DNA from: a virus
Taxonomy: Duplodnaviria > Caudoviricetes
Reading direction: 5' to 3' (one strand)
Length of the DNA stretch: 42,269 nucleotides
Virus record (IMG/VR): IMGVR_UViG_3300032103_000031
Location: 1 to 42,269 of that record
The notes beneath the pieces are model-generated. The model did no database searches. It saw only the letters and a program-made list of their open reading frames with translations, and had not been told where the DNA came from. Position numbers and translations under genes: made by a program. Shown here one piece after another: positions 9,318 to 19,602 of this stretch. Every line of letters starts with the position of its first letter. Position 1 is the stretch's first letter.

Positions 9318-10391
9318 ATGCCTGGACCTCGTGACGCGAGCGGTATCGAGAGCAAGATTGACGACCTGTTTGACACTGCGGACAACCCGCAGGAGAGCAG
9401 CAATGAGCAACAGACTACGGAGCCGACCGTTGAAGGTGCGGAAGGCACACAGCAGCGACCGACTGCAAAGGCGAACACTGCTGACGGACAGCCTGACGCC
9501 AACGCTGGCGAAGGCGGTGAGCGTAAGCCTAGCCCGCAACAGCGACCCAACAACGGGCAAGGTGCGCAGCAGCAAACACCGCCGCAGCGTCGTCTGCCTG
9601 CCAACAATCAGGGAGACCTGATTGATCCGAACAACGGCAACGTCATTGCACGCGCGGGCAATGAGCGTCGCTACTACGAAGCTGCGCGTAATGCGCAGAC
9701 AGAAGTGATGCGTGTGCGCACAGAGCTTGATCGCACGACTGCGCAGCTTGAAGCATTCCGTGAAGCTGCCGTGCTTCCGCAGCAGCTTGGACTACAGCCC
9801 GCAGAAGTCAGCACTGCAATGCAGTTTATGGCGCACTGGAAGAAAAATCCAGTCGAGGCGGCCACAAAGGTCTTGACAGAGCTTCGGGCTATGGGGTATG
9901 AAGTAGATGGCCTTGGCGCGTCGGTGGACATGGGCGCGCTCAAGAAGATGGTGAACGATGCTGTTGCACCGTTCCAGCAAGACCGTGAAGCTGCTGCGCG
10001 TGAAGCAGAAGTTGCGCAGACAGTTGATCGCGAGTTGAACAACCTGTATCGCGCTTTCCCTTGGGCGCAAGGTCAGCAGCAGGAGCTTATGAACCTGCTT
10101 GATGCTGACAAGACCCTCACGCTTCGTGAGGCTGCACTCATGCTGCAAAGCTACGCGCTGCAACATGGGTATGACCTGAACCAGTCGCTTGCGGAACAAG
10201 CACTGGCACAGCAGAACGGGAACAAGCAGCCGCAGCGTCCTAGCAACGCTCGCGTTCCTGCACCGTCTCCGACCGGCGATGCGCCCATTGTGCCGCGTCG
10301 TCCTGGCACTGCTACTGGTCACGAGCGTCGCAATCGAGACATTGTGCTTGAAGCGATGCGCGAAGCTGGCCTCAACATCGAACAACTGTGA
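9318..10391 (+). CDS. Capsid scaffolding protein
   Basis: Acidic/Gln-rich disordered N-terminus plus coiled coil; lies between portal and capsid. Confidence 0.75.
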   Translation: MPGPRDASGIESKIDDLFDTADNPQESSNEQQTTEPTVEGAEGTQQRPTAKANTADGQPDANAGEGGERKPSPQQRPNNGQGAQQQTPPQRRLPANNQGDLIDPNNGNVIARAGNERRYYEAARNAQTEVMRVRTELDRTTAQLEAFREAAVLPQQLGLQPAEVSTAMQFMAHWKKNPVEAATKVLTELRAMGYEVDGLGASVDMGALKKMVNDAVAPFQQDREAAAREAEVAQTVDRELNNLYRAFPWAQGQQQELMNLLDADKTLTLREAALMLQSYALQHGYDLNQSLAEQALAQQNGNKQPQRPSNARVPAPSPTGDAPIVPRRPGTATGHERRNRDIVLEAMREAGLNIEQL

Positions 10392-10400
10392 GGGATTACA

Positions 10401-11390
10401 ATGGCTATCAGCACACAATATGCGTCGCCTGGAACGATTGATACAATCGTCCATTCGATGCTGGACAAGTCTCGTCGCAAGCTCATCATGGCGTCCATCA
10501 AGTCCAACGTGCTTGTTGCATGGGCTATGGCGACAGACAAGGTGGAGCTTGAGAATGGTGGTGCGAACATCACCAATCCGCTGACTGTTGGGCGCAACCC
10601 CAACATCACGTCCTACCAGTATATGAACGAGCTTCCCGTTGCGCAGACCAACGAGTTTACGACCGTTGGCTACGGGTGGTCGCGCGTTGCTGGCACACTC
10701 ATCATTTCCGATCAGGAAGTGGATGAGAACACTGGCGAAGCTGCACTGTTCAAGCTGCTCAATGCGAAGCTTGACGTGCTTGAGGCAAGCATCAAGGAGA
10801 AGTTCTCCGAATACCTCTATGGTGCTGGCGCTGGCACAGACCCGCTTGGCCTCGCTGCGCTGATTGCGGATGATCCGACAACTGGTGTTCTTGGCGGGCT
10901 GAACCGCGCGCTGGAACAGCAGTGGCGCACATCGGCGTATCAGTTTGCTGGTGCGCTTGATCCCACGAACATCGAAGAAGCCTTCGATGACGTGCTGCTT
11001 GACCTCAAGCTCAAGAGTGAAAAGCCTGACGTTATCATCGCTGGACGCAACATTCTGCGCATCTACCGTCAGGCTGTGCGTGACAAGGTGATGATCCATC
11101 TGGATCAGTCCAACAAGGGCAAGGGCATGTATGACCTTGGCTTTGAAGGCGTCACCCACAACGGCATCCCGATGATCTTTGATGAAGATTGCGGTGTGAA
11201 CCGTGCATACTTCATCAACAGCAGCTACATGCGCACCCACATCCTCAAGAATGTGAACATGCGTGTGAAGGACTTGACTGCGCCTTGGACAGTGGATGCC
11301 ACCGGCAAGCGTGTGGTGTGGCAGGGTAACTTCTGCAACTGGCGCTGCTTCCGCACCCATGCGGTGCTGCGCAATGGCGCTACGGGGTGA
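10401..11390 (+). CDS. Major capsid protein
   Basis: 329 aa after the scaffold; HK97-fold-like pattern (LYGAG..DPLGLAALI, GFEGVTHNGIPMIFD). Confidence 0.88.
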   Translation: MAISTQYASPGTIDTIVHSMLDKSRRKLIMASIKSNVLVAWAMATDKVELENGGANITNPLTVGRNPNITSYQYMNELPVAQTNEFTTVGYGWSRVAGTLIISDQEVDENTGEAALFKLLNAKLDVLEASIKEKFSEYLYGAGAGTDPLGLAALIADDPTTGVLGGLNRALEQQWRTSAYQFAGALDPTNIEEAFDDVLLDLKLKSEKPDVIIAGRNILRIYRQAVRDKVMIHLDQSNKGKGMYDLGFEGVTHNGIPMIFDEDCGVNRAYFINSSYMRTHILKNVNMRVKDLTAPWTVDATGKRVVWQGNFCNWRCFRTHAVLRNGATG

Positions 11391-11761
11391 CGGACATGGC
11401 AGAGAACAGGGCACCGCGCTTCCAGATTGAAGTGGTCCATAACCGCAAGATCACCGAGACTGTGCGCAAGCGCAATCTGCACAAGAATGATGTGGAGAGT
11501 GAGTATCACGGCGCCAACTTCGTTGAGGAAGTTGTGACGCGCACTGTGCCAGAGAGCTACATGGTGTATTTCCCTAGCGGGCATTCACTGTGGTTCGAGA
11601 CGAAGGCACAGATGGCGCAAGCTGGACTTGTCGAGGGCAGCGACTTTGAGGTTGACCTTGACACTGGACTGCCTGTTGATCCCAAGACAGTCATCAACCT
11701 CAAGGCGCATGTCGAGAAGAACACTCGCCGTGCTAGCCGCCAATTTCGGATGGAGGCGTAA
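11387..11761 (+). CDS. Hypothetical protein
   Basis: GTGA overlap with the capsid stop; 124 aa (alternative ATG at 11396). Confidence 0.7.
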   Translation: MTDMAENRAPRFQIEVVHNRKITETVRKRNLHKNDVESEYHGANFVEEVVTRTVPESYMVYFPSGHSLWFETKAQMAQAGLVEGSDFEVDLDTGLPVDPKTVINLKAHVEKNTRRASRQFRMEA

Positions 11762-11764
11762 GTC

Positions 11765-12436
11765 ATGGTGCGTCGGTATGCTTCGTTCTTCCCGCAGCGT
11801 GTCAATCTGCGTGTTCCCGCGATGGAATACGCCAATGGTATTGACGGGGATGACGTGGTGGTGGCGGAGTATGGTGCTCCGGCTGCCGCCAACAACACGG
11901 CGCTGCTTGTTGCACAGTCCATTGCGACAGCGGGTGGCACAGCGGTTCTCGCTGGCACCTACACAGGCAGCGAAACGCAGATGGCGCGATGGGGGCGCGG
12001 CATTCGTGCCGTTGCGTCTGCCGCGTCCACATCTGTCCTGACAATCACGGGGCGTGACTATCTTGGTCAGCGCATGATCGAACAGATCACGCTGAGCGGC
12101 GCAACCCCTGTGCTTGGTGTCAAGGCGTTTCGCTATGTGGATCGTATTGACTGGACTGCCACAGCTGGTGTGTCAGTGGACGTTGGTCTCACTAACGTGC
12201 TTGGCGTGCCTTGGCGCTTCCGTGCGCTGGTGAATGAGATCAAGAACGGTGCGCCTTCTGCGAACGCGGGCACATTCGTTGCTGGTCTTGCGGCGAACCT
12301 CACACCTTCCGCCACCAACGCTGACACTCGCGGGACGTATCTGCCTGTGGTGGTAGTGCCTGATGGCGTCAATACGTTCGAGGTGCGGTATATCGCCGAC
12401 AACTCGAACCTGCACGGTGCGAGGCAGTTTGCCTAA
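11765..12436 (+). CDS. Virion structural protein (possible capsid decoration)
   Basis: GGAGG SD; Ala/Gly/Thr-rich; last gene before the terminator of the capsid unit. Confidence 0.65.
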   Translation: MVRRYASFFPQRVNLRVPAMEYANGIDGDDVVVAEYGAPAAANNTALLVAQSIATAGGTAVLAGTYTGSETQMARWGRGIRAVASAASTSVLTITGRDYLGQRMIEQITLSGATPVLGVKAFRYVDRIDWTATAGVSVDVGLTNVLGVPWRFRALVNEIKNGAPSANAGTFVAGLAANLTPSATNADTRGTYLPVVVVPDGVNTFEVRYIADNSNLHGARQFA

Positions 12437-12463
12437 CGTGCAGCCCTTGCTGTAGCGAAACTT

Positions 12464-12496
12464 GGCACGCCATTGACAACAGTGGCGTGTCCTTTT
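12464..12496 (+). terminator. Rho-independent terminator after the capsid module
   Basis: GGCACGCCATTG-acaa-CAGTGGCGTGTC stem followed by cTTTT. Confidence 0.7.
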
Positions 12497-12515
12497 GTGC
12501 AAGGAGTTAGGCGTA

Positions 12516-13208
12516 GTGGCATTCAATACCTTGACTGACCTGATCCGTAAGACGACTGTGCGGCTGCGCATGGTCAGCGGACAGGGCACACAGCTATATG
12601 CAGAGGATGCCATTGCATTGATGCTTGAAGAGGCGTATGAGATGGTCCGCGAGCAACGCTGGTGGGATCATCTGATGCGTTGGGAAACGCGGCAGCTTGA
12701 TGGCACAACAGGGCAGATCACGCAGCCGATTGTGGGCGCACGCGGCGGATGGCACGATGTGCAGCACATCTTCATTGGCAGCAACAACCTGCCGCTGCCG
12801 ATTGTGTCGCAGGATATCAACCCGTATAGGTTGACTGACACCAATCCACGCTACGTTGAGCCGCTGTATGTCAGCGATGACACCGGCAACATCTTCCGCA
12901 TCTGGCCGCGCAACGCAGTGACGACAACCGACCGTCCGCTGCGCATTCGTGTGCGGCTAGACCCTGCGGATATCTTCACTGACCCTAGCGTTGTTGTCCC
13001 GTTCGATGTGACATGTCTAGTCAACGGTGCGGCATACAAGTATGCGGCTGACGATGGCACGAACCCTGCGCAGGTTGCGTCCTTGCAGACAGCGTTTGAG
13101 GCTCGCCTCAAGCAGTTGCAGCGTAATCACGACAATGCAGTGATCCAGCTTGATCCACGCATGACAAGTCCTATTGGACAGACAGAGTGGCTTGAGGATT
13201 GGCGATGA
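12516..13208 (+). CDS. Tail adaptor (tail tubular protein A-like)
   Basis: GTG start after AAGGAG; ~230 aa, position before the nozzle gene. Confidence 0.65.
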   Translation: MAFNTLTDLIRKTTVRLRMVSGQGTQLYAEDAIALMLEEAYEMVREQRWWDHLMRWETRQLDGTTGQITQPIVGARGGWHDVQHIFIGSNNLPLPIVSQDINPYRLTDTNPRYVEPLYVSDDTGNIFRIWPRNAVTTTDRPLRIRVRLDPADIFTDPSVVVPFDVTCLVNGAAYKYAADDGTNPAQVASLQTAFEARLKQLQRNHDNAVIQLDPRMTSPIGQTEWLEDWR

Positions 13209-14926
13209 GGCGAGGCATCCTCTCGCAGCGGCTACCCGCTGTCAATGCAATGCAGGTCAGCGAGGCTCGTGAGTTTCGCGGTGGGCTGAACACGTTTGAC
13301 ACACCGCTGAACCTTAGCTCTCGCTACCTGACAGAAGCACGCAACGTGTATCCAGACACGAACGGTCGGCTGCGTCTGCGGTATGGCACGTCGCTGTTCG
13401 CTGACGTGACTGGCCTGATGGATGAAATCATCGCGCTGGAATACTTCAACACCGCGCTGATTGCGGTCGCCAAGGATGGGCGCATTGTGAGCATTAACGC
13501 ATCTGGCGTTGTCACGATGCGATGGAACACGACTATTGCAAACAGCCGACCTGGATCGCCTCCTGGCTGGTCCACAGGGCTGACGTTTGTAAGCTTCGCG
13601 CAGTTTGCAGGTAGCCTCGTCATCTGCAATGGCGTGGACAAGCCGCTCATCATGGATGCAGCATACACAGTTAACTACCTTGCTGACGCTGGCACAGGTA
13701 GCAACGTCAATGTGCCACGTGCGAAGTATTGTGTGACGCACAACAACTATCTAGTCCTCGCATCCACACCGGCGGTAGTTGGTCCGCCTGCGCTAGCTGC
13801 GGATCGCACTACGCTATTCATTGGAATGAAGGGCACGGCGGGCACATTTGTTGGTGATCCCGGTATTGACAATGATGCAGTCAACTTCGTCACCAATACT
13901 TACGTCAACCGTGGCAGCCCTGATATCACGGGGCTTGGCAGCTTCCGTGATAGGTTAATCGTGTCCTTCGCGGAGACGCTGCTGGCTATCCAGCTTGGTA
14001 ACTACGACAGCGCCAACAAGCATGTGCCGCGTGTCGAGGACGTGATTGAGAACCACGGCAGCATCAGCCATCGGTGCATTGTGCCGCTTGGTGATGACAT
14101 TCTATTCCTTGACCAAGCGGGCATGGCGTCGGTGCAGCGTGCGCTGATTACAGCTACATTGTCTCCTGTGCGCGAGAGCACGCTGATTGGCACAGATATC
14201 CAAGCAGCGATGCAGCCGTTCACCCCTGCGCAGCTAGAGCAGCATGTGTTCGCTGTGCATGACCGCATTGCGCAGCACATCCTGTTCTTCATCCCTAAGT
14301 CGGATACGGTAACGCCGATAACGGATAACAATGTGTTTGTGTATTGCTTTGATCGCTCGCAGCGGTTCCGCGCATGGACGCGGTTTGACCAGATGGCGTA
14401 TCGCTGCGGCACACGCACGACAGAGGGGCGTATCTTCCTTGCAGCGGGGTTGAAGGTTTACTTCTACCACAACCAGTATAACCCGCTTTATAACGACTAC
14501 GCCATCGGTGGTCTGCAAAACTGGGACAGTGGGCAGCCTTGGGATGACAACCTTGGTTGGGAAGAGTTGTCGAACGCTGTAGGCACGCCAATCCCATACG
14601 CATTTGCGCTGCCCTGGACTGATATGCGTCAGACAGGGCGTGTGAAGGTGTCCAAATACATTGGCGTAACAGCAGAAGGTGCTGGCAACTTCACACTGCA
14701 GATGTTCATTGACGACTTCTCTTCGCCTGAAATGCAGATGACGTTTCAGATGACCAGTGAACCAGTCGGCACGAACATTGCAGTGCGTCCGGCAAACAAC
14801 AGCCAGCTATACGCTTGGCCACAGAAGTTTGAGCGTATGCGTCTGCGCGTAGAAGGAAGCAGCGATAGCTACATTGCCTTCGTAGCCATGCACCTGATGT
14901 TCCTAGTCGGCTCTATTCGGAGGTAG
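13205..14926 (+). CDS. Tail nozzle (tubular protein B / P22 gp10-like, beta-propeller)
   Basis: N-terminal FRGGLNT...ARNVYPD..GRLRLRYGT pattern; ~573 aa, beta-rich. Confidence 0.75.
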   Translation: MRRGILSQRLPAVNAMQVSEAREFRGGLNTFDTPLNLSSRYLTEARNVYPDTNGRLRLRYGTSLFADVTGLMDEIIALEYFNTALIAVAKDGRIVSINASGVVTMRWNTTIANSRPGSPPGWSTGLTFVSFAQFAGSLVICNGVDKPLIMDAAYTVNYLADAGTGSNVNVPRAKYCVTHNNYLVLASTPAVVGPPALAADRTTLFIGMKGTAGTFVGDPGIDNDAVNFVTNTYVNRGSPDITGLGSFRDRLIVSFAETLLAIQLGNYDSANKHVPRVEDVIENHGSISHRCIVPLGDDILFLDQAGMASVQRALITATLSPVRESTLIGTDIQAAMQPFTPAQLEQHVFAVHDRIAQHILFFIPKSDTVTPITDNNVFVYCFDRSQRFRAWTRFDQMAYRCGTRTTEGRIFLAAGLKVYFYHNQYNPLYNDYAIGGLQNWDSGQPWDDNLGWEELSNAVGTPIPYAFALPWTDMRQTGRVKVSKYIGVTAEGAGNFTLQMFIDDFSSPEMQMTFQMTSEPVGTNIAVRPANNSQLYAWPQKFERMRLRVEGSSDSYIAFVAMHLMFLVGSIRR

Positions 14927-16926
14927 TGATGACAAGCGCCGTCAATCCTGACTTTATCACTACCGCTCCGGTCAGCAAGACCGGGATGCGCAACCAGCTT
15001 GGTATTATTCGTGACGAGCTTACTGCGCTGCAAGCGGGGTTGGACCAGATCGGCGTGTCGTTCACGCAGACGGGGACAGGCGCGCGTGCGCGAGCAATCA
15101 GCGATAAGCTGCGAGAGACTGCGCTTAGTGCGGGCGACTTCACTGGTGCAGATGCGTCTGGCGTCAGTGACACGACAACGTGCTTGCAGAACCTATTTAA
15201 TGCCGCAGCGTCGCAGGGGCGGTATGCGCTGATCCCCGAAGGGCTGTGGCGTGTCAATACGCCCATCGTCCTACCAGAGAACGCTGCTGGCCTCATCATG
15301 CTTGGTCGCATCGTGTATCACGGCACCGGCATTGCATTGACGATTGGCGGCAGCAGCACGACGCGAGTGCAGTTTAAGAAGTATGTTGGCATTCATGTGC
15401 AGCGCAACACACAGTCTGACTGGTCCAGCGAAGCAGAGATTGGAGTGCTTGCTCGGAACCTGGATAACTGCGTGCTTGAAGTGCTGCGCATCGCTAACTT
15501 CACTATTGGCTTGCGCACGCTAGGCAGCGGTCCCAACGGCTTTGAGGACAGCAACATCTTCCTCGGTCGGCTGGTGAACAACCGCATTGGCCTAGACGTT
15601 CGTGCAGCAAATGCGGCTAGCTGGAACAACGCGAACCGCTACTTTGGTGGCCACTTTGCCAACGATAGCGCTGTGAACCCCACACAGAATCGCTACGGTG
15701 TGCGATTCTCGAATGACCCTGGCGGCTACGAGCTACACAACGCACATGCGTTCTATGCACCTAGCTTCGAGCTACAGCGTCAGGGTGATCCTGCAACAGT
15801 CGAAGCTGTGCCGTTTCTTGTAGGCACTAATGGGCGTGCACTGCAAGCACACGATATCCGCATGGAAGCATGCAGCCGACAGGTCGCCATTCACGAAGCC
15901 GGGTTCAGTGACGCGCATTACAATGTTGCTTTTGTTGGCACATACGGCAACCAAGGATCCGAGGTAGCATACCGCAGCACAGCCACACGTGCGGGCGGCA
16001 CAGTCACTCCCATGCACCAAGCCATTGCCGCGCAGAACGCTATGCGACTGCTTGCTGGGGACGGCAATGTGCGTAGGCGCGCGTTCAAAGACACGCGCGT
16101 AAGCAGCACAGGCATCGGCTTCGATGAAATGTGCGTGCTGTCTAGCAACCCTACTGGACCGCCGACAACGCTCAATGGCTTCTGCTTCGGTGGGCTATCG
16201 TCCATCGGACTGCAACCTGGCCACGTGCAGTTGCCAACCAGCCGTGCGCTAGCGTATGTCGTTGACTGCTCCATCTGCAAGGACTTCTACCTTGCAGTGG
16301 ACGGTGACAACATGCGTCCCGTGCTGATGCAGTTTGACGCTGCGGAGAACCTGCTGCAAGACACAGTGCCGCTGTATCTGTCCAACGCGAACGTCAACTG
16401 GAACCCTGCTGGCACCGCATACTGGTGGGAAATGAGCGCCAACTTGGACGAGACAACGGGTGGCGAGCCGCTGAACAGGCTACAGCGCGTCACGTTCCAT
16501 CCGAATGCGCGCTTTGGTGTCATTGGTGTGCGGGGCGGCGATAGCGTGACGCCAACCAACAACCGGCTGCGTGGGTTCCGCATTTACACCAACAACGCAT
16601 ATGCTCCGCGTGTGCTGTTCGGCGCAGATCGTCTGTGGGGTGAGCGTGAGCTTCGCACGGAGGTTACATGGAACGTCCCCGCGCTGACTGCCGGTGCCAT
16701 TGCGCAGATTGATGTGACGCTCGCCGGCGTGCGTGGTGGCGATCTGCTGCGTGTTGGTCATGACAAGGACAGTGGCTTCCAGAACGGTGGTGTTGTGTTC
16801 CACGCATCGCAAGGTGGCACAGGTTCTACGAACCAAGTCCGCGTGACTGCGCAGAACATCAGCGGCGGTAGCATCACGGTAGGCAACGGGACACTTCATG
16901 TCAGCGCAATGAAACCGCGGCTGTAG
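14926..16926 (+). CDS. Tailspike / receptor-binding protein with a pectin-lyase-like beta-helix
   Basis: N-terminal anchor and coiled coil, then GADASGVSDTTTCLQNLFN...LIPEGLW beta-helix cap motif and an Asn/Gly-rich body. Confidence 0.8.
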   Translation: MMTSAVNPDFITTAPVSKTGMRNQLGIIRDELTALQAGLDQIGVSFTQTGTGARARAISDKLRETALSAGDFTGADASGVSDTTTCLQNLFNAAASQGRYALIPEGLWRVNTPIVLPENAAGLIMLGRIVYHGTGIALTIGGSSTTRVQFKKYVGIHVQRNTQSDWSSEAEIGVLARNLDNCVLEVLRIANFTIGLRTLGSGPNGFEDSNIFLGRLVNNRIGLDVRAANAASWNNANRYFGGHFANDSAVNPTQNRYGVRFSNDPGGYELHNAHAFYAPSFELQRQGDPATVEAVPFLVGTNGRALQAHDIRMEACSRQVAIHEAGFSDAHYNVAFVGTYGNQGSEVAYRSTATRAGGTVTPMHQAIAAQNAMRLLAGDGNVRRRAFKDTRVSSTGIGFDEMCVLSSNPTGPPTTLNGFCFGGLSSIGLQPGHVQLPTSRALAYVVDCSICKDFYLAVDGDNMRPVLMQFDAAENLLQDTVPLYLSNANVNWNPAGTAYWWEMSANLDETTGGEPLNRLQRVTFHPNARFGVIGVRGGDSVTPTNNRLRGFRIYTNNAYAPRVLFGADRLWGERELRTEVTWNVPALTAGAIAQIDVTLAGVRGGDLLRVGHDKDSGFQNGGVVFHASQGGTGSTNQVRVTAQNISGGSITVGNGTLHVSAMKPRL

Positions 16927-16936
16927 GAGCATTACA

Positions 16937-17176
16937 ATGGAAGGAGCTAATATGCCTACGGTGCTTGTGCGTATCATCGAAAGCAGCCCACTAATCGTGT
17001 TGATCCTTGTCGCGGGTTATGGGGCAATGGCGAAGTTTGTCAATGGGCTGCTTGTGCGCATTGACACCAAGGATGCGGAGCTTCTCAAGATCAGCCGTGA
17101 GATGATCGTGGCGGTGAAAGACGTAGAGCACGCAGTTGATCGTCTGACGGATACTGTCAAGGAACGGCGGGACTAA
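16937..17176 (+). CDS. Small membrane protein (one TM segment plus coiled coil)
   Basis: PLIVLILVAGYGAMAKFV hydrophobic segment; SD AGGAG. Confidence 0.7.
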   Translation: MEGANMPTVLVRIIESSPLIVLILVAGYGAMAKFVNGLLVRIDTKDAELLKISREMIVAVKDVEHAVDRLTDTVKERRD

Positions 17177-17184
17177 CTTTTCTC

Positions 17185-17212
17185 TTGACAGCCTATCCCA
17201 ATAGGATATAAT
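17185..17212 (+). promoter_or_regulatory. Consensus sigma70 promoter inside the structural arm
   Basis: TTGACA (17185-17190), 16 nt, TATAAT (17207-17212); spacer inverted repeat CCTAT-ccca-ATAGG. Confidence 0.8.
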
Positions 17213-17228
17213 CGGCCGGAGGCCGCAG

Positions 17229-17690
17229 ATGATACGTATTCGACGCTACGCACGCGATGATCGCAACCAAGTGATGCAACTGTGCGAACAGATGCACGCA
17301 GAAAGCCGATACTCGCATCTGACGTTCAGCGAAGAGACAGTCTGCGACTTCATTGATCAGCACGTGACAGGTGTTAGCATCCAAGCATTCGTGGCGAACC
17401 ACAACAAAGCAGGTGTCGTTGGCTTTGTGTGCATGTCGCTCATGCCATACATCTTCACTCCTGGCAATACAGCCATTGACCTGGCTCTCTATGTGAAGCC
17501 AGCGTATCGCAACACTCTCGCATTTGCAGGACTTGTCCGTGCGGGTGAGCGGTGGGCGATAGACAACGGCGCGCATAGCGTCATGTTCGGTGTGAGTGCT
17601 CCGTCTGATGTGCAGAAGGCTTGTCGGGCATACCGCAAGCTTGGCTACAAGGATTGGGGCGTCATTCTTCGCAAGGAGACAGGTCAATGA
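17229..17690 (+). CDS. GNAT-family acetyltransferase-like protein
   Basis: MIRIRRY..DD start, VVGFV, LYVKPAYRN, YRKLGY motifs; located before the ejection proteins. Confidence 0.85.
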   Translation: MIRIRRYARDDRNQVMQLCEQMHAESRYSHLTFSEETVCDFIDQHVTGVSIQAFVANHNKAGVVGFVCMSLMPYIFTPGNTAIDLALYVKPAYRNTLAFAGLVRAGERWAIDNGAHSVMFGVSAPSDVQKACRAYRKLGYKDWGVILRKETGQ

Positions 17691-18619
17691 GCTTTGGTGG
17701 AGGTCGTAGCTCCGCTCCGCCTGACAACTCGCTACAGGTGGAGCGTGAGAAGCGTGAAGAGCGTGAGCAGAACCGCATTCGGGAAGAGGAACGCAGTGCG
17801 CGTGACCTTGAGAACCGACGCAACACGTTCAACAACACGCTGAACAGCGCAATCACAGGCTTCCGCAACACTGCGCGGGGCAACATTGAAAGCCGTGGGC
17901 TGGATTGGAACCAGTATAGCGGTCTGATTGAGCGTGCAATCACTAACACACGCGGTCGGATCGCTGACTTGGACCCTAATCCGGGGCAGTATTTCAATGA
18001 TGACCTGATTGACAGCACGCTGAACCGTGAGCAGTCGGCACGTAGGGACCGCAACATGCGCGCGATCCGTCAGACGTTCCAGCCGAACGCAGAAGTGTCG
18101 CTGTTTGCAGACACAATGGACGATCCGTTCATTGAGAGTGTCATCACACGCCAGCGCGGTGAGGCGATGACTTCACTGGACAACGCACGGCGCCGTGGGA
18201 ACCTAGATGATCGTGGCTACGAAGCAGCACTTGCACGTCTTGGGGAACAAGAGCGTGCTGCACGTGCCGAAGCCAACACCATTGGCAGCACTGTGCTGGC
18301 TGACTACCGCAATCAGCTTCGTGGCGTGGCGGATCAGGCAAAAGAAGCTGCCGGTGGCTACATGCTCGGTGACAACTTTGACGCCGGCACATATCGCAAC
18401 CGCTGGAACAGTTTGACGCAAGACTTCAACAACCGACTTGAAGGCGATGTGCTAGGTAGGCTGTCTGGTGAGACGTTCTTCGACCTGGGTGATATCATAA
18501 CACGCGGTGGAGTGGCACAAGGCGCCGTGAACCCACGCACAGGCACACTAGATGCGATGGCAGAGCGTGATCGTGTGCGTAACACAGACCGCGGTGTTGG
18601 CGGTCAGGGGGTGTTCTAA
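17687..18619 (+). CDS. Internal virion / ejection protein
   Basis: Start MSFGGG at 17687 (SD AAGGAG, ATGA overlap); helical, Arg/Asn-rich. Confidence 0.7.
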   Translation: MSFGGGRSSAPPDNSLQVEREKREEREQNRIREEERSARDLENRRNTFNNTLNSAITGFRNTARGNIESRGLDWNQYSGLIERAITNTRGRIADLDPNPGQYFNDDLIDSTLNREQSARRDRNMRAIRQTFQPNAEVSLFADTMDDPFIESVITRQRGEAMTSLDNARRRGNLDDRGYEAALARLGEQERAARAEANTIGSTVLADYRNQLRGVADQAKEAAGGYMLGDNFDAGTYRNRWNSLTQDFNNRLEGDVLGRLSGETFFDLGDIITRGGVAQGAVNPRTGTLDAMAERDRVRNTDRGVGGQGVF

Positions 18620-19590
18620 TGGTTCTTCCCCTGATTGGTCTTGGCCTGTCGGCTGCGGGCGCAGTCGGCGGCCTGATGAGCGCACGTGCTGGTGCTGACG
18701 CCGCAGCTACGTCCAATGACATTGCAATGCGCAACTACTTGCAGCAACGGCGTCTCGCCATGCTGCAAGAAGAGATGGCGCAAGCGGGCACAGTCAACGC
18801 ACGTGGTGACAGGACGCAGTATGTCCCCGGTGTCGGGTGGGTTGAGCGTCCAAGCGAGCGCACACGCAGCATCATTGACGCGAGTGACAACGAAGAGCGT
18901 CTGCGCCTTGCGTTGGATGCTCCACGAAGCCGCGCGCGCCGAGAAGACAACGCCGTTCGCCAGCGTCGTGAGGGACAAGTTGCTGATAGCATCCTCGCAG
19001 GGCTGAATGTTGGGCGTGAAACGCCAGATGAGCTTCGTGCGGCGCTGATTGAGCGCAATATCGCACGTGCGGTGTCTGGTGCGGACGATATGCGTCGCCG
19101 CATTGGAATGCAGGGGCTGCGCACGGGCCAGATGAGCGAGCAGACGCTTGCGCAGCTTGGCCGCAATCGCATTGCTGATCGCCGCACCGCGATTGCCGAG
19201 GCACGTGTGGATGCTCCTGAAATGTTCCAAGAGCGCCGCGCCAATCGCGTCAATCCACGCCTCAATCAATACAATGTGATGGCTTCTCGCGCCTCTGCAC
19301 CGGATGACGTGCCGTATCAGCCTACGCAGCTTGCGGAGAACCTTGCTGGTGTGCTGCGCAGTCGCATGAACATGGCACCACAGGCCATTGGCAGTGCGAT
19401 GAACGTTGACACGCCACGCATCCAGTCCACAGAGAGCCGTATGCCTGTTGCGCTTGACAGCCTTGGGCAGTTTCTGCGTAGCGCAGGAACGCAGGGCCAG
19501 CGGAACAACTGGTGGGGCTTGGGCGGGGGATCGCGCACAGCAGGTAATGCTGACTGGCGTGGCAGTGTTGCCCCCAACGTGTTCTTCTAA
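18619..19590 (+). CDS. Internal virion / ejection protein
   Basis: Gly/Ala hydrophobic N-terminus (LIGLGLSAAGAVGGLMS) typical of P22 gp7/T7 gp14-like proteins. Confidence 0.72.
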   Translation: MVLPLIGLGLSAAGAVGGLMSARAGADAAATSNDIAMRNYLQQRRLAMLQEEMAQAGTVNARGDRTQYVPGVGWVERPSERTRSIIDASDNEERLRLALDAPRSRARREDNAVRQRREGQVADSILAGLNVGRETPDELRAALIERNIARAVSGADDMRRRIGMQGLRTGQMSEQTLAQLGRNRIADRRTAIAEARVDAPEMFQERRANRVNPRLNQYNVMASRASAPDDVPYQPTQLAENLAGVLRSRMNMAPQAIGSAMNVDTPRIQSTESRMPVALDSLGQFLRSAGTQGQRNNWWGLGGGSRTAGNADWRGSVAPNVFF

Positions 19591-19602
19591 GGGAGCATTG
19601 CA

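Noticed and set aside
11380-11400. T7 10A/10B-type frameshift extending the capsid into the next ORF
   Set aside because: Only a GGGG run before TGA with no canonical slippery heptamer; ordinary GTGA translational coupling explains the overlap.
9792-11414. Long antisense ORFs (e.g. 9792-11414, 427-1722, 5989-6966, 40780-41634)
   Set aside because: They are mirror frames of well-supported genes in GC-rich DNA, with no SD or recognisable motifs.
12473-12500. TTGACA as a promoter upstream of the tail genes
   Set aside because: It lies in the stem-loop of a terminator and has no credible -10 box at 16-18 nt.
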